The notes below the pieces were generated by a model. The model was given only the letters and a program-made list of their open reading frames with translations, was not told where the DNA came from and did no database searches. Position numbers and translations under genes: made by a program. From NCBI GenBank assembly GCA_963774065.1, contig CAVZDO010000002.1, positions 21,799 to 85,798 on the forward strand: 64,000 nt of DNA, in the 5' to 3' direction. Source of the stretch: Chitinophagia bacterium (GTDB lineage: Bacteria > Bacteroidota > Bacteroidia > Chitinophagales > Chitinophagaceae). Positions within the stretch are counted from its first letter, which is position 1. Every line of letters starts with the position of its first letter. Positions 7,406 through 14,201 of this stretch are shown here, piece by piece.

Positions 7406-8861
7406 TTAATTGCTACAACGAGTTCCTCCATCGCCATCTTTTTTATAAGATGAAGCTTCATAGTCCCAATTATTAACATTATTTGGCAAATTATTGAATC
7501 CATAGTTTGCTACAAGTTGATCCCAATATCCGGGTGGTGTAAACGAACCGTTGATATAAAAGGTGGCTAACCCATCAAGCACTAACGAATAGGCTACAGT
7601 CTTAGACAAATTTGGATAAAAATCTATTATCGCTGCAGACATTTGATTTACATAATTCTCTCCCATTTCTAAATGCTCATTAATATTGCCTAATAATGTT
7701 GGATAAACAGCTAAATAAGCATGTATAATTTCATGCACAATAGTTGAAGCAATATATTCATTAGAAGCACCAACTAAATAATTTTGGTTGAGTGTTATGG
7801 TAACATTTATTCCGCCATTACTGAAAATTGCTCTTGTTCGTGCATTAGCATTCCCATCTGCTCCCGGTGCTAAATTAGCCGAATCTTGAAAAGTTAAGTT
7901 CAACTTTGTGCTTACAGCAAAAATATTATTTAACGTATTGGTTATAATATTTTTTGCACCGCTTGTCATTATATGTTCAACAACATTTCTTAGACAAGTA
8001 TCGGTAACAATATCACGTGTAACATTAAAAATACCAACGCTATTTGCATTTCCTGCCCCACTTCCACTCCCGCCACCAGCAACACTACCATAACCTGTAC
8101 TGCCAACTCCTCCACCGCCATCATTAGCTCCACCACTTCCTATATCTACGCATATGTTTTCGTAATGACTGTAAGCATATATGCCATCAACGTACACATC
8201 ATAACTTTTTTCCGTGCACAAAATTTCTTGTTCTTCTGAATTTGGCGCAATAACTGCATCTGTTGAAATAGTTTGTGGTTTGAATGTGCCTTTCTGTGTT
8301 AAAGTTCTTATCTGCCCGTTTTCATAACTATAGCCTCTTAAGAAATTACCTTGCCAATCCTGCACAAGTGCAATTCCAGTAAAAGTGCCGGAAGGATTAT
8401 TAATAAAGCTTGTATCGGGAAATCCGGTTACTACTTCTGCGTGTATTTGTTTTGCCGAATCAGTGTATACAATAAGCTTTGATAAATTATTTATCGGCAA
8501 CTGTGTGGCGTTGTCGTTATTGTCCACTCTTAAATACAAACTGTCTTTGAATTGTATTGGCACAACAACTATTTTACCAATAGAGAGTTTGATGGTATAT
8601 GCATCATCCCAATCTGCATTTTTTAAAAGTGATTTAACGGGGTTGAATTGTCCGGGTAATGTATCCGTTACATCGCTTAGTTGTTTGCCAACATTTGTGC
8701 CGTGCACATTATTCTCAAAATAAGTTTTTGCATTGGCGATTAATTGCTGCTCTTCTGTAGTAATATTTTTGTTTGCAGCTGACGTTTTGATTTTTTTTAC
8801 AAGCCCAGTAAAAAGTGCAGATAGCAAATAGCAATACGGATAGGGTTACAATTTTTTTCAT
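7406..8861 (-). CDS. Putative lipoprotein: N-domain, Gly-rich linker, C-terminal HExxH zincin-like domain; signal peptide out of frame
   Basis: The main ORF 7406..8827 contains HEIIH and a GSGGANDGGGGVGSTGYGSVAGGGSGSGAG linker. ATG at 8861 encodes MKKIVTLSVLLFAICTFYWAC in another frame. Frame is restored if the A8 run (plus-strand T8, 8791-8798) loses one base. Confidence 0.6.
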
Positions 8862-8920
8862 TTGGTTTGGTTTGATTAGGAGTAATATACTTTGCCTTTA
8901 CAGACAAAATAAATTTCAAC

Positions 8921-8949
8921 CAAACTTATCAAAATAAAAATCACAGCAA
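8921..8949 (-). promoter_or_regulatory. Candidate Bacteroidota-type promoter for the lipoprotein gene
   Basis: On the minus strand, TAAGTTTG (TAnnTTTG -7 consensus) lies about 60 nt upstream of the ATG, with TTG 18 nt further upstream. Confidence 0.35.
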
Positions 8950-9034
8950 TCTTTCCGAATAAATTTATTTTGAATTTATATGTATCGTGTTGGTCGTTAA
9001 AAATTAAAAAGAGGAATTATTATATAAACCTCCA

Positions 9035-9330
9035 TTTCTTGTAGTAAAAGTTTCTCCTCTTTTAATAAAAGTAGCTCCTCTTGTGATAACTGTTCTTTTT
9101 CTTTTGATAAAAGAAACTACTCTCCTGATAATAGAAGAACTTCTTTTGATAAAAGAAACTACTCTCCTGATAATAGAAGAACTTCTTTTGATAAAAGAAG
9201 AAGTTCTTTTGCTTACTGAAGAACTTCTTTTGATAAAAGAAACTACTCTCCTGGTAATAGAAGAACTTCTTTTGATAAAAGAAAATGCTCCTTTGATAAC
9301 AGAAGAAATTCTTTTGCCCGCGGAAAACAA
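9035..9330. repeat. Phased 21-bp / 42-bp tandem repeat array (about 14 half-units)
   Basis: The unit is cttttgataaaagaaactact / ctcctgataatagaagaactt. Each contains TGATAA and the small palindromes TTCTTTTgatAAAAGAA and AGAAGaaCTTCT. Both strands are open (ORFs 9004..9351 and 9083..). Confidence 0.9.
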
Positions 9331-9466
9331 TTTTTTATTAACAGATATCAATCACTTAACAATTTCTGTAGTTTTCTTTCTACAAACTTTAAGCAATAAA
9401 ACATTTGTGCAAAATGTTTTTAGCAACTGTACAGTATTTTTTTTAAAACTTATTAAATTTTATTTT

Positions 9467-10087
9467 ATGAAACCCTCTAAAGTTGTAATTAGCTTTACTT
9501 CTTTATCCGATGGCAACCTTGAAGCAAAAGCGCTTTCCATTATTGATGCAATGACGGACAATCCTAATTTTCCCAACCCTGTTCCTCCCCTTTCAGATCT
9601 AAGCGCAGCGCTTACCGATTATTCCAATGCATTATCCGGCGCAAAAACGAAAGACAGAACAATGGTGGCAATTAAAAACATTAAAAGAGAGGCATTGATT
9701 GCAGTGTTGAGAAATGTAGCCGCTTATGTAAGTTTTACAGCTAACGGTAACAGGAGTGTAATTACAAGCTCCGGTTTTGATATCAGCAAAGAGGGTAAAA
9801 CACCGCAGACCATGAGCGCCCCAAAGAACTTTAAAATTACTATCGGTAAAGCCCCCGGTCAGGCATTTTCGAGCGTTGGTGGTGTTAAGGGCGTAAAAAC
9901 ATATGCTCATCAATACACGGCCGACCCATTGACAGACACGAGTGTGTGGCAGAGTGAATATGTTACAACACGCTTTCACACTTTTAATGGATTGACTTCC
10001 GGAAAAAAATATTGGTTTCGCGTGGCTGTGCTCGGCACCGGCGGCCAAATTGAATATACTGACCCGGTTGCATTGATTATTCAGTAA
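9467..10087 (+). CDS. Hypothetical protein with helical N-domain and C-terminal fibronectin type III-like domain
   Basis: ATG at 9467 follows an AT-rich leader. The C-terminal pattern (NFKITIGKAPGQ...YWFRVAVLGTGG) is Fn3-like. GC content looks higher than in neighbouring genes. Confidence 0.7.
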   Translation: MKPSKVVISFTSLSDGNLEAKALSIIDAMTDNPNFPNPVPPLSDLSAALTDYSNALSGAKTKDRTMVAIKNIKREALIAVLRNVAAYVSFTANGNRSVITSSGFDISKEGKTPQTMSAPKNFKITIGKAPGQAFSSVGGVKGVKTYAHQYTADPLTDTSVWQSEYVTTRFHTFNGLTSGKKYWFRVAVLGTGGQIEYTDPVALIIQ

Positions 10088-10114
10088 AGAGTGTCTTTTT
10101 GCTTATTCATAGAA

Positions 10115-10148
10115 CCCTGCGCCAAGGAAACGAGGCGCGGGGTTTTTT
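10115..10148 (+). terminator. Intrinsic terminator after the Fn3-like gene
   Basis: The stem CCCTGCGCC / GGCGCGGGG is followed by TTTTTT. Confidence 0.75.
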
Positions 10149-10301
10149 ATGATTTTTATTAAAGTCTAACGTTCATGCATAACCGAAGCAAAACAACGGC
10201 GAAGAATTAGAAATAAGAAATAAATAATAAGAAATGAGAAAGTAGTTGCTCTCCGCACTTCCTTATTCCTTATTTCAAATTTCTCAGTTCTTATTTTTCA
10301 G

Positions 10302-10405
10302 ATTCCTGCCTTCGCAGGAATGACGGTAACTCTCTGATAAATTATAAAATTATTGTTGTGTAAAATTACTTACGCACTCGCCGTCATTCCCGCGCAGGCG
10401 GGAAT
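10302..10405. repeat. Inverted pair of GGAATGACGG-type hairpins
   Basis: ATTCCTGCCTTCGCAGGAATGACGG (10302-10326) faces the reverse complement of CCGTCATTCCCGCGCAGGCGGGAAT (10381-10405). Each arm is itself a hairpin, and the two differ by paired compensatory changes. Confidence 0.8.
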
Positions 10406-10480
10406 CTTTTCTTTACAATAGTATTCCAAATTAAGTATTAAATTATGTTGTTCTTTCTTTTTTGTTTGTGCAAAAAAGAA

Positions 10481-10600
10481 ACAAAAAAGCCACCCGGAAA
10501 CGATAACAGCCCGTTTCCGGGATTGAATATCTATTTAGCTTTTGTACTACTGTAGCTTCAGCAGTATATCTTTATTGAAAGCTTTATCTCACAATTGAAA
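10481..10600 (-). ncRNA. Candidate sRNA, inverted family member (ends approximate)
   Basis: The minus-strand hairpin CCCGGAAACG-ggctgttat-CGTTTCCGGG (10493-10521) is followed by a U-rich tract and an A/T hairpin. Confidence 0.35.
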
Positions 10601-10659
10601 ATTGAAACTTAATTGCCTACAATTAATAATGACTATTAAATAATGCAGAACAGTCACAT

Positions 10660-10785
10660 TTTCACATGATGTTTAAATATAAGCGTACAATAGTATTACT
10701 ACAGTCGAATTCACAGTAGCACAAAAGTTATATCAAGGAACGATCTCCAAAACGGGCTGTTTTCGTTTTGGAGTGTGTTTTTTGG
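10660..10785 (+). ncRNA. Candidate sRNA, copy 1 (5' end unknown)
   Basis: The hairpin CTCCAAAACG-ggctgtttt-CGTTTTGGAG (10745-10773) is followed by tgtgTTTTTT. Confidence 0.35.
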
Positions 10786-10869
10786 TTCTTTTTTTCACAG
10801 AAAAAAAAGAACAAAGAAAAATTATCTAATAATTAATATTGAAAATCTAAAATTGAACAGCCCTTACAT

Positions 10870-10995
10870 TTTCTCTTGATATTAAAATATAAGCGTACAA
10901 TAGAAATACAAAAGCTGAATTCACAGTACTACAAAAGTTCAATCAGGGAACAATCCCGAAAATGGGCTGTCTTCATTTTCGGGTGTGTTTTTTGG
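10870..10995 (+). ncRNA. Candidate sRNA, copy 2 (5' end unknown)
   Basis: The hairpin CCCGAAAATG-ggctgtctt-CATTTTCGGG (10955-10983) is followed by tgtgTTTTTT. Confidence 0.35.
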
Positions 10996-11079
10996 TTCTT
11001 TTTTTCACAGAAAAAAAAGAACAAAGAAAAATTATCTAATAATTAATATTGAAAATCTAAAATTGAACAGCCCTTACAT

Positions 11080-11205
11080 TTTCTCTTGATATTAAAATAT
11101 AAGCGTACAATAGAAATACAAAAGCTGAATTCACAGTACTACAAAAGTTCAATCAGGGAACAACCCCGAAAATGGGCTGTCTTCATTTTCGGGTGTGTTT
11201 TTTGG
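11080..11205 (+). ncRNA. Candidate sRNA, copy 3 (5' end unknown)
   Basis: Same hairpin as copy 2, at 11165-11193, followed by a U-tract. Confidence 0.35.
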
Positions 11206-11371
11206 TTCTTTTTTTCACAGAAAAAAAAGAACAAAGAAAAATAAATTGATAATTGTTCTTTAAAATTGTTTACGCGCTCGCCCCCTATTGCGTGAGATAT
11301 GTTTGTGTTGACATTGCCTCGTTTCCACTTCATACATTTTCTTTTTAGCTTAGCAAGAAATAAAAATTAAA

Positions 11372-11593
11372 ATGAAGATTAACCGAAAGCTGATCATTGG
11401 AATAGTATTATGTTTTATCGGACCTGTAATTTTACAAATCATATTTTTTTCTTCCCACATTGCTCAAGGCAGAAAAATACCACACAAAGCCATTCCACTT
11501 GAAATAACTGCTATTGCTATAGTTATCGCCGGCGCATATGTTATTTACCTGGGCAAAAAACAACAGAAAGAAGAAAGAGAAAACAATGACTAA
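11372..11593 (+). CDS. Small membrane protein (2 TM)
   Basis: Two hydrophobic helices and a charged KKQQKEERENND tail. A terminator lies downstream. Confidence 0.5.
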   Translation: MKINRKLIIGIVLCFIGPVILQIIFFSSHIAQGRKIPHKAIPLEITAIAIVIAGAYVIYLGKKQQKEERENND

Positions 11594-11708
11594 TTATTAT
11601 TCACCGCTAAAAATTTTATAATTACCGGTAAAAAACATCCGTAATTAAAATTGCTGCGTATATGCTCACGAATACTTTTATCAACAATTCGTCTTTGCGA
11701 AAATCATT

Positions 11709-11738
11709 GCCCTGCCATTTTACGGCGGGGCTTTTTTT
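11709..11738 (+). terminator. Intrinsic terminator
   Basis: The stem GCCCTGCC / GGCGGGGC is followed by TTTTTTT. Confidence 0.65.
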
Positions 11739-11744
11739 ATAAAT

Positions 11745-11773
11745 AAAAAAGGCGACAGTAGAAACTATCGCCT
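11745..11773 (-). terminator. Intrinsic terminator for ORF 11862..12107
   Basis: On the minus strand, AGGCGA-tagtttctactg-TCGCCT is followed by TTTTTT. Confidence 0.6.
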
Positions 11774-11861
11774 GCAGTATAAAACTTTTATACTGTTTAT
11801 GAATTAATAAAAATAATTAATGATTTAAGTTTTCAATGTTAAGTTTTGCACCGGAAAAAGC

Positions 11862-12107
11862 TTACCAATATTCCGTGAGCATCTTGTCTGTATATTCATG
11901 CGATAGCTTTTCTATTTCTTCTTTTTTGTCGGTAAACTTATACTCCAGTTGCTGCACCTCGTTAACCATTTTTGCAATGGCTTCTTTAAGCGTGGTAATG
12001 TAATCCGACTTACTGAAAGGTCTTACCTTGTCGGGATGAAAATAATTTTTTAAAGGATTTGCACAATCGTTGTAAATGTCCTGAAGCATTTGTTTTAAAT
12101 TATCCAT
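11862..12107 (-). CDS. Small helical hypothetical protein
   Basis: 81-aa ORF with ATG start, a charged helical composition and its own downstream terminator. Confidence 0.5.
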   Translation of the reverse strand: MDNLKQMLQDIYNDCANPLKNYFHPDKVRPFSKSDYITTLKEAIAKMVNEVQQLEYKFTDKKEEIEKLSHEYTDKMLTEYW

Positions 12108-12316
12108 AAGTCTTTTTTAAAGATTTAATTCAAAAAAAATTCAATCAGGTTAGTATTGGGCGGCAATGTAATAAAAATTTAAGAAATCGGCATATCACAC
12201 AAAAAACAAAAAATAATTTAAAATTTAAGGGAGTATTTCATTTTTTTGAAACCCTCCCGCTAAAATTTTCGTATCTAATTTATATTATAGTTTTAAAAAG
12301 CAATTAAGAAACCCCT

Positions 12317-12345
12317 GCCCTTCCATTCCTGGAAGGGCTTTTTTT
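12317..12345 (+). terminator. Orphan intrinsic terminator 1
   Basis: GCCCTTCC-attcct-GGAAGGGC followed by TTTTTTT. There is no upstream plus-strand ORF. Confidence 0.6.
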
Positions 12346-12431
12346 GTGGATAACAATTAATAACTATGGCGCTTATTGTGTTTAAATTTAGTTATCAATA
12401 GTCTTAGAAAGGTTTTTTAAATTAAAACATA

Positions 12432-12463
12432 AGCTCCTTTAGTCTTAGAGGAGCTTTTTATTT
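12432..12463 (+). terminator. Orphan intrinsic terminator 2
   Basis: AGCTCCT-ttagtcttag-AGGAGCT followed by TTTTaTTT. Confidence 0.6.
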
Positions 12464-12533
12464 ATCCACTAAACAAACTTTCTGAATAATAAACCCGTAT
12501 GTTTAAGCGGTTTTAAAAGGTTCTAAAAATCCA

Positions 12534-12566
12534 AACTCTCCTATTCTTAGGAGAGTTTTTCTTTTT
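12534..12566 (+). terminator. Orphan intrinsic terminator 3
   Basis: AACTCTCC-tattctta-GGAGAGTT followed by TTTcTTTTT. Confidence 0.6.
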
Positions 12567-12735
12567 AATTCTTCATAGCTCATGTAGTTTCCTCATTTGC
12601 GGAGAGCAGGATAAAATTTTATTGTACTATTTATTTATTCAAACGTATATTCTATTGGTTGTTTTTTAAGAACTCGCAAGAACCATTATCGAAGTTTTTA
12701 CGATCAATTCTCCAGGAGCAATCCTGATAATGGTA

Positions 12736-12768
12736 AGCCCTGTTATTTTTACCAGGGCTTTTATTTTT
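12736..12768 (+). terminator. Orphan intrinsic terminator 4
   Basis: AGCCCTG-ttatttttac-CAGGGCT followed by TTTaTTTTT. Confidence 0.6.
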
Positions 12769-12791
12769 AAGAAGAAAATATATTGCGTAAT

Positions 12792-12826
12792 AAAAAAACC
12801 CGCTAATAAATCAGCGGGTTTTTTAT
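12792..12826. terminator. Bidirectional terminator (A-run, stem, T-run)
   Basis: AAAAAAACCCGCT-aataaatc-AGCGGGTTTTTT. On the minus strand it serves the 12844..14130 gene. Confidence 0.7.
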
Positions 12827-12843
12827 TAAATGAATTTTATCGT

Positions 12844-14130
12844 TTAGTGGTCTTTGTCTATGTTATTATATTTGATAGTGTATGCGTCGGATTTGTCTTT
12901 TTGTTTCTTTTGCTCGTAAATTGTTATCAAACTGTCATAAGCGCTTCTCAATGCAGTTTTATCGTCCATTTTTAATTTACCTTTTGAACCAAGATCATCT
13001 TCCACTTTTAAAAAACTCGGAACTGCCTCATCATATTTTTTCATTGCCTGGTCGCGCAAATCAGCTCTTTTTTTAACAGCATCCGGCGTATTGCCTTTGA
13101 TGGTTCTTGCTTTAGACTGTAGTTCCACTCCTTCGTTGTAGGATATTTCTCCAAGCACAAGCGCTGCCTGCGGATAATCTGGTTTTATCTGCAAACTTTT
13201 GTTCAATGCGTCCTTTGCTTTTTCAACTAACGCATCTGCATTTGCAGGTTTCTTACCGCTGCTTGTATCGGTTGCATACTCATACATTTCTAATCCGTAA
13301 TTATACAGAAAAATATTATTGTTCGGGAACTTGCTGATCACATGTTCGTACCCTGCAAACAAAGAATCTTTATTTCCGCTTTTTCTGTATCTATCCAATT
13401 CATTATCGTACACGTTCAGTTCAATATCACTCCACGAAGAATCATTGGGATATAATTCTTTACCGTAAGCGGCATATTTTAAAGCGGCAGCTTCATCATT
13501 TTTGTCTGTTGAATAATAATTAGTAAGCCATTTGTAAATTTCGATCATATTGGTTCCGGCTATCTTCGCATCTGCAAGCCGCCCGTAATAAATTGCAGCG
13601 GTATCTCTTTTTTTTGCTTTCTCCGCTGAAATGCCGGCATAGATATTACTGGTAGTGTCTATCTTCATATTTATCCATCCTTTTTCCGACATAAATGTGC
13701 TTGCCGCAATTGCTCCTTTGAAATTATCAAGCGCGTCAGCATATTTTCCGGAATTATAATCTGCTGCTCCAAGTTGAAAATAACCCTGGTAAATTTCATT
13801 TATAGGTTTGTACTGATCAAGTTGCAAAAGGAGTAATTTTTTGTCATCGTACTGTACATAATTTTTTAAAGCATCCAAAGCCTGTGCACGTGCATCAGGA
13901 TATTGTGTTTTCAATTGATCGTTTGATGCGATCCCTTCATAAATTTTACATTTATAATACCACGCATCTGCATTTTTTGCATTTTTAGGATCTGCCAGCA
14001 CAGCATCTATTTGCGTTTTTGCTTCGGGTAATTTATTTGCTTTAATAAGATCTTTGACTTTGTCGAGATTTTGTGCAGAAAGATTAAAACCAGCAAACGT
14101 AATTAATAAAGCTAAGAGAATTGATTTCAT
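12844..14130 (-). CDS. TPR-like repeat protein with signal peptide
   Basis: The signal peptide is MKSILLALLITFAGFNLSAQ. Repeated helical A/Y/L-rich motifs are typical of TPR proteins. Confidence 0.7.
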   Translation of the reverse strand: MKSILLALLITFAGFNLSAQNLDKVKDLIKANKLPEAKTQIDAVLADPKNAKNADAWYYKCKIYEGIASNDQLKTQYPDARAQALDALKNYVQYDDKKLLLLQLDQYKPINEIYQGYFQLGAADYNSGKYADALDNFKGAIAASTFMSEKGWINMKIDTTSNIYAGISAEKAKKRDTAAIYYGRLADAKIAGTNMIEIYKWLTNYYSTDKNDEAAALKYAAYGKELYPNDSSWSDIELNVYDNELDRYRKSGNKDSLFAGYEHVISKFPNNNIFLYNYGLEMYEYATDTSSGKKPANADALVEKAKDALNKSLQIKPDYPQAALVLGEISYNEGVELQSKARTIKGNTPDAVKKRADLRDQAMKKYDEAVPSFLKVEDDLGSKGKLKMDDKTALRSAYDSLITIYEQKKQKDKSDAYTIKYNNIDKDH

Positions 14131-14201
14131 GATTGAAAGTTAAATTTTATTGAAAGTAAAATTTTTTTGATTATCGCCTGCGAAAAATTACTGAAAATTT
14201 T

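Larger units (their letters stand above)
10441..11245. repeat. Four copies of a roughly 210-bp unit (one inverted and diverged, three direct)
   Basis: The period is exactly 210 bp (10651/10861/11071). Copies 2 and 3 differ by about one base. Copy 1 and the inverted copy are diverged. Confidence 0.95.

Noticed and set aside
9083-9466. N-terminal 128 codons of the 334-aa ORF 9083..10087 (LLIKETTLLIIEE... repeats)
   Set aside because: This is read-through of the 21/42-bp repeat array, which lacks stops on both strands. A normal ATG at 9467, preceded by an AT-rich leader, starts the Fn3-like protein.
10962-11040. 25-aa peptide MGCLHFRVCFLVLFFTEKKEQRKII encoded in repeat units 2 and 3
   Set aside because: The ATG is ACG in unit 1, as one half of a compensatory stem change. 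The peptide is simply the translated hairpin and U-tract.
9035-11245. CRISPR array interpretation of the 42-bp and 210-bp repeats
   Set aside because: The repeats are contiguous, with no unique spacers of regular length. No cas genes are present in the window.
11139-11333. 64-aa minus-strand ORF across repeat unit 3
   Set aside because: It is antisense to the terminator hairpins. It is not conserved in the other units and has a low-complexity translation.
3103-12843. Prophage, ICE or transposon identity for the island
   Set aside because: No integrase, transposase, relaxase, capsid, tail or terminase-like ORF is present, and no flanking tRNA. Only short direct repeats hint at insertion.
12730-13076. 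ORFs 12730..12975 and 12882..13076
   Set aside because: They run through terminator hairpins and are antisense to the TPR gene. No start context or motif supports them.
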